A DNA stretch of 64,000 nt from the human T2T-CHM13v2.0 reference genome, Homo sapiens: NCBI RefSeq assembly GCF_009914755.1, contig NC_060938.1, one strand, 5' to 3'. Under the pieces are notes generated by a model. The model was not told where the DNA came from. It made no database searches and saw only the letters and a program-made list of their open reading frames with translations. Shown piece by piece: positions 41,301 to 56,300 of this stretch (positions are counted from its first letter, which is position 1; every line of letters starts with the position of its first letter). Both the position numbers and the translations under genes were made by a program.

Positions 41301-44300
41301 TCGTATGGAATGGAATGGAATGGACTGGAATGGAATTGACTCTAATGGAATGGATCAGAATGGAATGGACTAGAAAGGAATGAACTCGAATGGAACGGAC
41401 TCAAATGGAATGGAATTGAATGGAATGGACTTGCAAGGAATGGACTCGAAAGGAATAGAATCGAATGGCATGGAATCAAATGGAATGGAAAAGGATAGCA
41501 TCGAATGGAATCCAGTGGAATGCGGTGAATTGGAATGAAATGGTGTGCAATGGAATGGGGTGGAAAGGAATTGAATGCAGTGGAAAGGAGTGGAGTGGAG
41601 TAGAATGGAGTTCAATAGAATGAAATGCTAAGGAATGCGATTGTACTGAGTGGAGATGAGTGTACCGGAGTGGAGTGGAATGCAAAGGAATGGAATGGAG
41701 TGGAGTGGAATGGAATGGAATGGAAAGGAGTGGAGTGGAATGGGGTGGTAAGGAATGGAAGGGAATGGAATGCAGTGGAGAGAAGTGGAGAGAGTGGAGT
41801 GGAATGGAGAGGAGTGGAGCGGAGTGGAGTGGAATGGAGTGGATAGGAGTGAAGTGGAGTGGAATGGAATTGAATGGAGTGGATGGAATGGATTGGAATG
41901 GAATGAGAAGGAGTGGAATTGAATGGAGTGGAGTGGAATGGAGTGGAATGCAAAGGAATGGAATGGAATGGAGTGGAGTGGAGTAAAATGTATTGTAGTG
42001 GAGAGGAATGGACTGGAATTTAATGGAATGGAATTAAATGGTGTGGAATTGAGTCGAATTTAATGGAATGCAGCAGAGTGGTATGGAGTGGAGCGGAATG
42101 GAATGGAATGGAATGGAATGGAATGGAAGGGAATGGAATGGAATGCAATTGAAAGGAATCGAATGGAATGGAATTGAATTGTATTGAATGGAATGGAAGG
42201 AATCGAATGGAAGGGAATCAAATGGCATCAAATGCAATCAAATAGAACACGGCAAAGTGGAGTGGGGTGGAGTGAAATGCAGTGGAATGGAAAGAGGTGG
42301 AATGGAATTGAAAGGAGTGGAGTGGATTGGAGTGGGTTGGAATGGATTGGAATGGAATGGAATTGGAAGGAGTGGAATTGAATGGACTGGAGTGGAATGG
42401 AGAGGAGTAGAAAGCAATGGAATGGAATGGAGTGGAGTGGAGTGGTGTGGAGTGGAATATTATGCAATGGAATAGAATGGAATGGAATGGATTTGAAAGG
42501 AATGGAATGGAATGGATTCGAATGTAATGGATTGGAAAGTAATGTTCTGGAAAGGAATGGACACGAATGTAATGGACTCGATGGAAGGCACTCGAAGGGA
42601 GTGGACTGGAATGGAATAGACTGGAACAGAATGGACTTGAATGGAATGGATTTGAATTGAATGGACTCGAAAGGAATGAACTCTCATGTAATGGACTCGA
42701 ATGGAATGGAATATAATAGAAGGGACTCGCATGGAATGGACTAGAATGGAATGGAATAGAATGGAATGGAGTCGAATTGAATGGAATAGAATGGCATGAA
42801 AGGGAATACAGTGGACTTCGATGAGGTGGAGTGGAGTCGAGTGGAATGGATTGGAATAGAATGGCGTGGAATGCAATTGAATGCAGTAGAGGGGAGTGGT
42901 GTCGAATGGATTTGAATAGAATGGAATGGTAAGGAATAGAATTGAACCGAGTTGAGTTGAGTGCAGTGGAATGGAGTAATATGCAAAGAATGGAATCCAG
43001 TGGATTGGAATGGAATGGGATGGAGTGGAGTTAAATGGAATGAGGTAGAAATAGTGGAATTGATTGGAATGGAGTGGAGTGGAGAGATGTGGAGTGGAGT
43101 GGAGTGGAGTGGAATGGAATGAAGTGAAATGGAGTGGAGTGGAGAGATGTGGAGTGGAGTGGAGTGGAGTGGAATGGAATGAAGTGAAATGTAGTGGAGT
43201 GGAGTGGAATGGAATAGAATGCAGTGGCGTGGAGGGGAATGGAGTGAAATGAAACAGAATTGTATTGAATGGAATTGAATGGAGTGGAGTGGAATGCAGT
43301 GGAATGGAGTGGAATGCGGTGGAATGCAATGGAATGGAATAGAATGGATTGGGATGGAGTGGAATGCAATGGAATGGAATGGAATGAAATTTACTCGAAT
43401 GTTATGTACAGGAATGGAATGGACTAGAAAGGAATGCACTCGAATGGAATGGACTTGAATGGAATGTCCCCGAATGGAACAGACTCGTATGAAATGGAAT
43501 CGAATGGAATGGAATCAAATGGAATTGATTTGAGTGAAATGGAATCAAATGGAATGGCAACGAATGGCATCGAATGGATCAATTGAAAAGAGGAGTTGCA
43601 TGGAATGGCTTCGAATGGAATCAAATGGAAACAAGTGGAGGGAGTGGAAAGTAGTGGCAAGGAATGGGGTGGAATGGAATTGAATGGATGGGAATGGAGA
43701 CCAGGTAAGTGGAATGCAAAGGAACAGAATGGAATGGAGTGGAGTGGAGAGGAATATATTGAAATGGAATTGAAAGGTATGGAATGAAATGGAGTGGAAT
43801 TGAATTGAATGAAATGGAATGAAATGAAATGGAATGCACTGTACTGGAGTGGAGTGGAATGGAGTGGAAGGGGATGGAATGGAATGGAGTGGAATGGATT
43901 GGAATTGATTGGAGTGGAGTGGGGTGGATTGGAAAGGAGTGGAATGCAATGGAATGGGAAGAAATGTAATTGAACAGAGTGGAGTGGAATGGAGTGGAAA
44001 GAATGCTATGGAATGGAATGAAATGGAATGGAATGGAATGGAATGGAATGGAATGGAATGGAATGGAAAAGAGTGGAATGGAATGGAATGGAATGGAATG
44101 GAATAGAGTGGAATAGAGTGGAATGAAGTGGAGTGGAGTGGAGTGGAATGGAATGGAATGGCAAGGAATGGAATTGAATGGATTGGAGTGGAGTTGCGGG
44201 GAGTGGAGTGGAGTAGTATGCAATGGAATGGAATGGAGTGTTGTGGATTAGAGTGGAGTGGAGCGGAGTTGAGTGGAGTGGAATGGAATATAGTGGAATG

Positions 44301-47300
44301 GAATGGAAAAGAGTAGAATGGAGTGGAGTGGAATGGAAAAGAGAGGAGTGGAATGGAATGGATTGGAAGCGAATGGAATTGAATCAAGTGGAGTTGAATG
44401 GAGTGGAGTGGAGAGTAATGGAATCGAATGGAATAGAAACGAAAGGAATGGAAACGAATGAAATGGTATCGAATGTCATGGAATGGAATCGAATGGCATG
44501 AGGTGAAGTGGAGAGGTGTGGAGTGGAATGGAGAGGAATGGAATGGGGTGGAATGTAATGGAATGTGACAAAACGTAACTGAACTGTGTGGAGTGGAGTG
44601 GAATGGAATGGAAAGGAATGGAGTGGAGAGGAGTGGAGTGGAGTGGAATGGAATTGAATGGACTCGAATGGAATACAATCATAAGGAATGGTATCACATG
44701 GAGTGGAATCAAATAGCATCAATTGGAATTGAATGGAATCTGGTGAAGTGGAGTGGAGTAGAGTGGAAAGGCGTGGTATTCAATGGGGTGGAATGGAAGT
44801 GAATGGAGTGGTGTGGAGTAGAATGGAATGGAGTGGAATGGAATGGAATGGGAAGGAAAGGAATGGAGTGCAGTGTAGTGGAATGGAATGCAATGGAATT
44901 AAATTGAATCGAATAGAATGGAATGAAATGGAGTGGAATGGAGGGGATGGCAGAGGAATGGAATGGATTGGAGTGGAATGGAGTGGAAAGGAATAGAAGG
45001 GAGTGGAGATGAGTGGAGTGGATTGCCGTGGAAAGAAACGGAATGGAGTGGAATGGCATGGAATGGAATGGAATGGAGTGGAGTGGAGTGCAGTGGAGTG
45101 GAGTGGAGTGGAATGGAATGCAATGGAGTGGTGTGGAATGCAATGGAGTGGAATGGAAAGGAATGGAATGGAATGGAATGGTATTGAATGGAGTGGAGTC
45201 CAGGGTAGTGGAGTGGAGTGCAGAAGAATGGAATGGAATGGAATGGAATGGAATGGAATGGAATGAAACATAGTCAAATGGAATGGAGTCGAATGGAACA
45301 GAATTGATTTAATGGAATCGAATGGAATGGAATCTAACAGAATGGAATAGAATGGAGTGGAATCGAATGGAATGGAATCGAATGGCATCAAACGGAATCC
45401 AATGGAATGCGGTCCACTTGATTGCAGTGAAGTGGAACGGAATGGAATGGAAAGGGGTGGAATGGAATTGAATGGAGTGGAAAGGAGTGGAGTGAAATGG
45501 AGTGGCATGGAATGGAATGGGATGGAATGGATTGGGATGGAAAGGAATTGAACAGAGAGGAGTGGAGTGGAAGGGAATGGAATGGAATGGAATCGAATGT
45601 AATGTAATGCAATTGAATGGAGTGGAATGGAGATGAATGGAGTTGAATGGAATGGAGCAGAATAGAATGGAATCGAATGGAGTGTAATGGAATGGAATGG
45701 AATGGAATGGAATGGAATGGAATGGAATGGAGTGGAGTGGAATGGAATGGAATGGAATGAAATGGAATGGAATGGAGTGGAGTGGAATGGAATGGAATGA
45801 AATGGATTGGAGTGGAGTGGATTGGAGTGGAATGGAATGGAACGGAATGGAGCGGAATATAGCGGAGTGGAGTGAAATGAAATGGAATTGAATGGAATGG
45901 AATTGAATGGAATAGAATTGAAGGGAATGGAATTGAATGGAATGGAATCAAATTAAATAGAATCAAATGGAATGTGGTAAAGTGAAGTGGAGGGCACTGG
46001 AGTGGAATGGATTGGAAAGGAATGGGATGGAATTGAATTGAATGGAGTGCAGGGCAGTGGAGTGGAATGGAGTGGAATGGAATGGAATGGGAAAGAATGG
46101 AATTGAACGGAGTGGAGTGCTGTGGAGTGGAGTGGCGTACAAAGGTATGGGATGGAATAGAGTGGAGTGGAGTAGAGTGGAGTGGAATACAATTCAATGG
46201 AAAGTAGTGGAGTGGAGTGGAATGGAATGGACTGGAGTGGAGTGGAAAGGAATGGACTGGAGTGGAATGGAATGGAATGGAATGGAGTGGAATGGAGTGG
46301 AGTGCAGTGGAAAGGAATAGAATCAAATGGAATGGAATCGAATGGAATGGAAAGGAATTGAATGGAATCCAAAGGAATGGAATTGAGTGGAAAGGAATAA
46401 AAAGAAACGGAAATGAATGGAATGGAATCGAATGGCATTGAAAGGAATCGAACGAATGTGGTGAAGTGAAGTGGAGTGGAGTGGAATGGAGTGGAGTGTA
46501 ATGGGGTTGAACAAAATGCAATGGGAAAAAATGTAACTGAACAGTGTGGACTGGAGTGGAGTGGAGTGGAACGGAATGGAAAGGAATGGAATGCAATGGA
46601 ATGGAATGGAATGGAGTGGAATGGAGTGGATTGGAGTGGAGTGGGGTGGAGTGGATTGGAGTGAAATAGAAGGGAATGAAGTGGATTGGAGTGGAGTGGA
46701 ATGTAATGGAGTGGATAGGAGTGCAGTAGAGTGGAGTGGCGTGGAGTGGAATGGAATGCAATTGAGTTGTATGGAAGGAAATGGAATGGAATGGAATGGA
46801 ACGGAATGTTATTGAATGGAGTGGAGTCCAGAGGAGTGTAGTGGAGTGAAGTACAATGGAATTGAATGGAATGCAATGGAATGGAATGGAATGGAAAGGA
46901 ATGAAATAGACTCGAATGGAATGGACTTGAATGGAACCGAATCGAATTTAATGGAATTGAACACAATGGAATCAAATGGAATGGAATCGAATGGAATGTA
47001 ATAGAATGTAGTGGAATCGAATGGAATGGAATTGAATGGCATCAAATACAATCGAATGGAATGCGGTCCACTGCAGAGCAGTGGAGTGGAATATAGTGGA
47101 ATGAAATGGGATGGAATGGAATTAAATGGACTGGAGAGGAGCGAAGGGGAATGGAGTGGAATGGAATGGGAAAGAATGGAATGGGATGGAAAGGAATTTA
47201 ACGGAGTGGAGTGGAGTGACAGGGTACGGAATGGAATGGAATCTAATGAAATGGAGTGCAATTGAATGGAGTGGAAATGAGTGGAATGGATTTAAATGGA

Positions 47301-50300
47301 ATGGAGTGGAATGGAATGGAATCGAACGGAGTGGAATGGAATGGAATGCAATGAAGTGAAGTGGAGTGGAATGGAATGGAATGGAATGGAATCAAATGAT
47401 ATGGAATTTAATGGAATGGAATCGAAGGGAATGGAATGGAATGGAATCAAATCAAATGAATCAAAAGGAATGTGGTAAAGTGGATTGGAGTTTACTGGAG
47501 TGGAATAGAGTGCAAAGGAAAGGGGTTGAATGGAATTGAATGGAGTGCGGTGGAGTGGAGTGGAATGGCGTGGAATGGAATGGAATGGGAAAGAATGGAA
47601 TGGGATGGAAAGGAATTCAATGAAGTGGAGTGGAGTGAAAGGGAACGGAATGGAATGGAATCTAATGAAATGGAATGCACTTGAATGGAGTGGAAAGGAT
47701 TGGAATGGTTTTGAATGGAATGGAGTGGAATAGAATGGAATCGAATATAGTGGAATGGAATGGAATGGAGTAGAGTGGAATGGAATGGAATGCAATGGAA
47801 TGGAGTGGAGTGGAGTGGAATGGAATGGAATGGAATGGAATGGAAAGGAATGGAATGGAATGGAATGGAATGGAATGGAATCGAATGAAATGGAATTGAA
47901 TGGAATGGAATTGAAGGAATGGAATCGAATGGAATGGAATCAAAATGGAATCGAAAGGAATGTGGTAAAGTGGATTGGAGTGTACAGGAGTTGAAAGGAG
48001 TGCAAAGGAATGGGGTTGAATGGAATTGAAAGGAGTGCGGTGGAGTGGAGTGGAATGGAGTGGAATGGAATGAAATGGGAAGGAATGGAATTGAACGGAG
48101 TGCAGTGTTGTGGAGTGTAGTTGAGTGCAATGGAATGGAATAGAATAGAGTAGAGTGGAGTAGAGTGGAGTGGGATGAAATTCAATGGAATGGTATGGAG
48201 TGAAGTGGAGTGTAGTGGAATGGAATGGAATGGATTGGAATGGAATGGAGAGGAATGGAGTGGAGAGGAGTGGAAAGGAATGGAATCAAATGGAATGGAA
48301 TCGAATGGAATGGAATCGAATTGAATGGAATGGAATGGAATGGATTCACTGGGAATTGAATCAAAAGGAATGGAAACGAATGGAATGGTATCGAATGGCA
48401 TTGAATGCAATTAAATGGCAGACGGTGAACTGGAGTGGTGTGACGTGGATTGGAGTGGAAAGGAATGGAATGTGAAAAAATGTAACTGAACAGATTGGAG
48501 TGGAGTCGAGTGGAAATGATTGGAATGCAATGGAATGGAATTGAATGGAAAGGAATGGAGTGTAATGGGGTGGATTGGAGTTGAGTGGAGTGTAGTGGAG
48601 TGGAAAGGAATGGAATGTAATGGACTTGAATGGAATAGAATCGTATGGAATGGAACCACAATGAATGGAATCGAATGGCATTAAATGGAATTAAATGGAA
48701 TCTGTGAAGTGGAGTAGAGTGTAGTGGAATGGAGTGGAATTTAATGGGATGGAATGGAAGGGAATGGAGTGGAGTGGAGTGGAATGGAATGGAGTGGAGT
48801 GGAGTGGAATGGAATGGAGTGGAGTGGAGTGGAATGGAATGCAATGGAATGAAATTGAATTGAATGGAATGGAATGAAATGGAGTGGAATGGAGTGGAGT
48901 GGAATGGAGTGGAGTGGAATGGAGAGGAATGGAATGGAATGGAGTGGAGTGGAGTGCGTTGCAGTGGAAAAAAATGCAATGGAGTGGAATGGCATGCAGT
49001 AGAATAGAATGGAGTGGAGTGCAGTGGAGTGGAGTGGAATGGAATGCAATGAAGTGGTATGGAATGAAATGGAATGGAATGAAGTGGAATGGAATGGAAT
49101 GGTATTGAATGGAGTGGATTCCAGAGGAATGGAGTGGAGTGCAGTAGAATGGAACGGAATGGAATGGAATGGAATGAAACAGATGACTCGAATGGTATGG
49201 ACTCGAAAGGAACGGAATCAAATTTATTGGAATTGAATGAAATGGAATTGAATGGAACGGAATCTAACGGAATGGAATAGAATGGAGTGGAATCGAATGG
49301 ATTTGAATTGAATGGCATCGAATGGTATCCAATGGAATGCGGTCCACTTGATTGCAGGGGAGTGGGATGGAGTGGAATGGAATGGGGTGGAATGGAACTG
49401 AATGGAGTGGAAAGAAGTGGAGTGAAATGGAGTGGAACAGGATGGAATGGGAAGGAATGGAATCAGACGGAAAGGAATTGAATGGAGTGGAGTGGAGTAG
49501 AAGACAATGGAATGGAATGGAATCAAATGAAATGGAATGCAATTGAAAGGAGTGGAATGGAGTACAATGGAATGGAGTGGAATGGAAAGGAATCGAATGG
49601 AGTGGAATGGAGTGGAATGGAATAGAGTGGAATGGAATGGAATGGAATGGAGTGGAGTGGAATGAAATGGAAAGGAATGGAGCGGAATGGAGTGGAGTGG
49701 AGTGGAGTGGAATGGAATGGAATTGAATGGAATCGAATGGAATGGAATTGAACGGAATAGAATCAAAGGGAACGGAATTTATTGGAATGCAATTGAATGA
49801 AATGGAATCTAATGGAATGTGATAAAGTGGAGTGGAGGGCACTGTAGTGGAATGGATTGGAAAGAAATGGGTTTGAATGGAAGTGAATGGAGCACAATGG
49901 AGTGGAGTGGAATGGATTGGAATGGAATGGAATGGGAAAGAAAGGAATTGAATGGAGTGGAGTGTTATGGAGTGGAGTGGAGTGCAATGGAAAGGGATGG
50001 AATCGTGTGGAGTGGAGTACAGTGTAGTGGAATGCAATTCAATGGAATGGAGTGGAGTGGAGTGGAGTGGTATGGAATGGAATGGATTGGAGTGGAATGG
50101 AATGGAATGGAGTGGAGTGGAAATAAGTGGAGTGCAGTGGAAAGGAATGGAATCAAATGGAATGGAATCGAGTGGAATGGAAAGGAAGGGAATGGAATCA
50201 AAAGGAATGGAATCGAGTGGAATGGAATTGAAAGAAATGGAAATGAATGGAATGGAATCGAATGACATTGAAAGGAATCGAATGGCATGCGGCGAAGTGG

Positions 50301-53300
50301 AGTGGAATGGAATGGGGGGAGTGAAATGCAATGGGAAAAATGTAATTGAACACTGTAGAGTGGATTGGATTGGATTGGAATGGAATGGAATGGAATGGAG
50401 TGGAATGGAGTGGATTGGAGTGAAGTGGAGTGGATTTGAGTGGAATAAAATGGAATGGAGTGGAACGGAGTGGAGTGGAATGTAATGGAGTGGATTGGAG
50501 TGCAGTGGAGTGGAGTGGAGTGGACTGGAATGGAATGGAGGGGTATGGAAGGAAATGGAATGGAATGGAATGGAACGGAATGTTATTGAATGGAGTGGTG
50601 TCCAGAGGAGTGGGGTGGAGTGCAGTATAATGGAATGGAATGGAATGGAATGGAATGGAATGGAATGGAATGAAATAGAATCGAATGGAATGGACTTGAA
50701 TGGAACGGAATCGAATTTAATGGAATTGAATGCAATGGAATCGAATGGAATGGAATTGAATGGAATGGAATAGAATGGAGTGGAATCGAATGGAATGGAA
50801 TGGAATGGCATTGAATGGAATCGAACGGAATGTGGTTCACTGGAGTGCAGTGGAGTGGAATGAAGTGGAATGGAATGGAATGGGAAAGAATGGAAGGGGA
50901 CGGGAAGGAATTTAACAGTGCAGTGGAGTGAAAGGGAATGGAATGGAATGGAATGGAATCGAATGAAATGTAATGTAATTGAATGGAGTGGAATGGAGTG
51001 GGATGGAGTTGAATAGAATGGAGTGGAATGCAATGGAATCAAATGGATTTAAATGGAATGGAATGGTATGGAATGGAATGGAATGAATGGAGTGGAGTGG
51101 AATGGAATGGAATGGAGTGGAATTGAGTGGAGTGGAATGGAATGGAAATGAATGGAATGGAATGGAATGGAATGGAATAGAATCGAAGGGAATGGAATTG
51201 AATGAAATGGAATCGAATGGAATGCAGTGGAGTGGAGGGCACTGCAGTGGAATGGATTGGAAAGGAATGAGGTGGAATGAAATTTAATGGAATGCTGTGG
51301 AGTGGAGAGCAATGGAGTGGTATGGAATGGAATGGGAAGGAATGGAATTGAATGGAGTGGAGTGTTGTGGAGTGGAGTGGAGTGCAATGGAATGGGTTGG
51401 AATAGAGTGGAGTGGAATGCAATTCAATGGAATGCAGTGGAGTGGACTGGAGTGGAATGGAATGGAATGGATTGGAGTGGAATGGAAGGAAATGGAGTGG
51501 AGTGGAATGGAGTGCAGTACAGTGGAAAGGGAAGGAATCAAAAGGAATGGAATCGAATGTAATGGAATGGAATTGAATGGAATCCAAAGAATGGAATTGA
51601 GTGGAATGGAATCGAAAGGAATGGAAATGAATGGAATGGAATTGAATGGTATTGAAAGGAATCGAAAGGCATGTGGTGAAGTGGAGAGGAGTGGAGTGGA
51701 GTGGAGTGGAATAGATTGGAATGGAATGCGGTTCAATGAAATGCAATGGGAAAAAATGTAATTGAACTGTGTAGAGTGGAGTGCAGTGGAGTGGAATGGA
51801 ATGGCATGGAATGGAATGGAATGGAATGGAGTGGAATGGAGTGGATTTGAGTGGAGTGGAGTGGAATAGAATGGAATGGATTGGAATGCAGTGGAGTTGA
51901 ATGTAACTCAGTGTTTTGGAGTGCAGTGGAGTGGAGTGGAGTGGGGTGGAATGGAATGGAGTGGTATGGAAGGAAATGGAATGGAATGGAATGGAATGGA
52001 ATGGAATGGAATGGAATGGAATGGGACGGTATTGAATGGAGTGGAATCCAGAGGAGTAGAGTGGAGGGCAGTATAATCGAATGGAATGGAATGAAATTGA
52101 CTCGAATGGAATGGACTAGAATGGAACGGAATCAAATTTAATGGAATTGAATGCAATGGAATCGAATGGAATGGAAACGAACGGAGTGGAATAGAACGGA
52201 GTGGAATTAAATGGAATGGATTCGAATGGCATCGAATGGAATCGAATGGAATGCGGTCCACTGGAGTGCAGAGTAGTGGAATGGAGTGAAATGGAATAGG
52301 GTGGAATGGAACTGAACGGACTTTAGAAGAGTGAAGGTGAATGAAGTGGAATGGAATGGAATGGGAAAGAATGGAATGAGACAGAAAGGAATATAACGGA
52401 GTGTAGTGTAGTGAAAGGGAATGGAATGGAATGGAATGGAATGAAATGGAATGCAATTGAATGGAGTGGAATGGAGTGGAATGAATTTGAATGGAATGGA
52501 GTGGAATTGAATGGAATCAAATGGAGTGGAATGAAATGGAATGGAGTGGAATGGAATGGAATGGAATGGAATAGAATGGAAAGGGGTGGAGGGGAATGCA
52601 ATGGAGTGGAGTGGAATGGAATGGAATGGAATCAAATGAAATGGAATAGAAAATAATAGAATCAAAGGGAATGGAATCGAATGGAATGGAATAGAATGAA
52701 ATGGAATTGAAAGGAATGCGGTAAAGTGGATTGCAGTGCACTGAAGTGGAATGGAGTGGAAAGGAAAGGGGTGGAATGGAATTGAATGCAGTGCAGTGGA
52801 GTGGAGTGGAATGGATTGGAACGGAATGGAAAGTGGAGGAATGGATTTGAACGGAGTGGAGTATTGTGGAGTAGAGTGGAGTGCCATGGAATGGAATTCA
52901 ATAGAGTGGAGTGGAGTAGAGTGGAGTGGGATACAATTCAGTGGAATAGAATGGAGTGGACTGGAGTGTTGTTGATTGGAATGGAATGGATTGGAATGGA
53001 ATAGAATGGAATAGAGTGGAGAGGAATGGATTGGAGTGGAGTGGAAAGGAATGGTACCAAATGGAATGGAATTGAATTGAATGGAATTGCAGGGAATTGA
53101 ATTGAAAGGAATGGAAACGAATGAAATGGAATCGAATGGCATCGAATGCAATAAAATGTCATGCAGTGAAATGGAGTGGTGTGGAGTGGATTGGAGTGGA
53201 ATGGAATGGGGTGGAATGGAATGAAATGCGAACAAATGTAACTGAACAGAGTGGAGTGGAGTTGATTGGAATGGAATGGAATGGTATGGTATGGAATGGA

Positions 53301-56300
53301 ATGGAAAGGAATGGAGAGTAATGGAGTGGAGTGGAGTGGAGTGCAGAGCAGTGGAATGGAATGGAATCGAATGGAATCCAATGGAATAGAATCATATGGA
53401 ATGGAATCACATTGAATGGAATCGAAAGGCATCAAATGGAATCGAATGGAATCTGTGAAGTGGAGGGGAGTTTAGTGGAATGGAGTGGAATTTAATGGGG
53501 TGGAATGGAAGTGAATGGAATGGAGAGTAGTGGAATGGAATGGAGAGGAATGGAGTGGAATGTAATGGAATGGGGAGGAATGGAATTGAATGGAGTGGAG
53601 AGGAGTGGAATGGAATGCAATAGAATGAAATGGAATTAAATGGAGTGGAATTGAGTGGAGTGCAATGGAGTGGAGTGGTGTGGAGTGGAGTGTAGTGGAA
53701 TGGAGTGGATTGTTGTGGAATGGAATGGTATTTTGAATGGCATGGAGTGGAATGGAATGGAGTGGAGTCGAGTACAGTGGAGTGGTGTGGAGTGGAATGG
53801 AATGGAATGGAATGGAATGAACTCAAATGGAATGGACTTGAATGGAATGGAATTGAATGGAATGGAATCTAGCGGAATTCGGTAAAGTGGAGTGGAGTTT
53901 AATGGAATGCAATGGAATGGAATGGAAAGGAGTGAAGAGGAGTGGAGCGGAGAGGAGTGGAAGGGAATTGAATAGAATAGAATTGAATCGAATGGAATGG
54001 AATCGAATTGAATGGAGTCGAATGGAACAGAATGGAATGGAATGGAATCAAATGGAGTGGAATCTAACGAAATGGAATCAAAGGGAATGGAATTGAATGG
54101 AATGGAATCGAATGGCATCGAATGGATTCAAATGGAATGTGGTGAAATGGAGTGGAGATGAGTGGAATGGAGTGGAATGGAATGGAATGGGAAGTAATGG
54201 AATTGAAAGGAGAGGAATGGCATGGACTGGAATGGAATGCAATGGAATGGAAAGAAATGAAATGTGGCAAAATGGAATGGAATGGAATTGTGTGGAGTGG
54301 AGTGGAGTGAAGTAGAGTGGATTGGAATGGAATGGAATGGAGTGGAAAGGAATGTAGTGGAATGGACTGGCATGGAATGAACTGGAATGGAATGAACTGT
54401 AATTGAATGGTATCAAAGAGAATGGACACGGATGTAATGGATTCGAATGGAATTGACTCGAATGGAATGGAGTTGGATGGAATGGACTTGAATGGAATGG
54501 AAACGAATGGAATGGAAAACAATGGCCTCAAATGGAATAGAATGGAAGGTGGTGAAGTGGAATGGTGTGGAGTGGAATGGGCTGGAATGGAGTTGAGTGG
54601 GGTGGAGTGCAGTGGAATGGAATGGAGTGGGTTGGAATGGAATGGAATGGAGTGGAATGGAGGGGAATGAAATGGAATGGAGTGAATTGGAATGGAATGG
54701 AATGGAGTGGAATGGAATGGAATGAAGTGGAATGGAATGGAATGGATTGGAGTGGAAAGGAGGGGAGTGGAGTGGAATGGATTGGAGTAGAGTGGAATGG
54801 AGTGGAATGAAATGGACTTGAATGGAAAGGGCTCGAATGGAATGGACTCGAAAGGAATAATATTGACAGGACTGGAATCAGATGGAATGCAGTAGAATGG
54901 ATTCGAATAGAATGGAATGGTTTTGAAAGGAATAGAAGCAATTGGAATGGAATGGAATGGAATGGAATGGAATGGATTCAAAGGGAATCGAATTGAATGG
55001 AATCGAATGGAATGGAATTGATTGGAATGTGGTGAAATGAAGATGAGGGGGGTGGAATGGAGTGGAATGGGATTGGGTGGAATGGAATTGAATGGAGTGG
55101 AATGGAGAGGAATGGAGTGGAATGGAATGGAATGGGAAGGAATGTAATTGAATGGCGTGGAGTGGAGTGGACTGGAGTGGAATGGTATGCAGTGGAATGG
55201 AATGGAATGGAAAGGAAAGGAATGGAAAGGAATAGAAAGGAATGGAGATAAAAGGAGTGTAGTGGAGAGGAGTAGAATGGAAAGGATTGTAGTGGATTGG
55301 AATGGAAAGGTGTAGAGAGTAGTGGAGTGAAGCAGAATAGAATGCAATGGAATGCAAAGGACTAGAATGGACTGGACAGGATGTAATGGAATGGAATGGA
55401 ATGGAATGGAATGGAGTGGAATGGAATGGAATGGAGTGGAATGGAATGGCATGGAATGGAATTTAGTAGAATCAAGTCGAATGGATTGGAATGTAATGGA
55501 GTTTAGTGGAATGGAATGGAATGAAGTTTAGTTTACTGGAGTGGAGTGGAGAGGAATGGAATAGAATGTAATGGAATGTAAGAAAATGGAATGGAATGGA
55601 ATGGAATGGAAGGGAAGGGAATGAAAGGGAATGGAATGGAATGGAAGGGAATGGAATGGAATGGAATGAAATGAAAGGGAATGGAATGGAATGGAATGAA
55701 ATGAAATGGAATGGAATGGTGAAGTGAAATGTGAGCTAAGATTGTGCCACTGCACTCCAGTCTGGGTGACAGAGTGAGATCCACTCGAAATAAAGGAAAG
55801 GAATGGAATGGATTAGAATCGAATGGAGTGGAGTGGAGAGGAGTGGAGTGGAGTCGAGTGGAGTGGAGTGGAGTGGAATGGAGTTTAATGGAATGGAGTG
55901 GATTGGAATCGAATGCAATGGAATTGAAGGGGATGGGATTGAATGTAATGGTATTGAGGGGAATGGAATTGAAATGAATTCAATCAAATGTCATCAAATG
56001 GAATCCAAAAGAATGCAATGAACTGGAGATGAGTGCAGTGGAATGGAGTGGAATAGAATGGTGTGGAATGGAATTGAATATACTGGAGTGGAGTTGAATG
56101 GAATGGAGTAGAATGGAAGGGAATGAGAAGGAATGGTATTGAACAGAGTGGATTAAATTTGAGTGGAATGGAATGCAATGGAATGGAATGGAATCAAATG
56201 GAATGGAGTAAAATGGAGTGGAAAGGAGTGGAATGGAATAGACTGGTTTGGGGTAGGATGGAGTGGAGTGGAGTGGAATGGAATGGAATGGAATGGACAG

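Noticed and set aside
43702-43710. Perfect 5' splice-site consensus CAGGTAAGT inside the satellite
   Set aside because: It is a single occurrence with no plausible upstream acceptor on this purine-rich strand; chance is sufficient.
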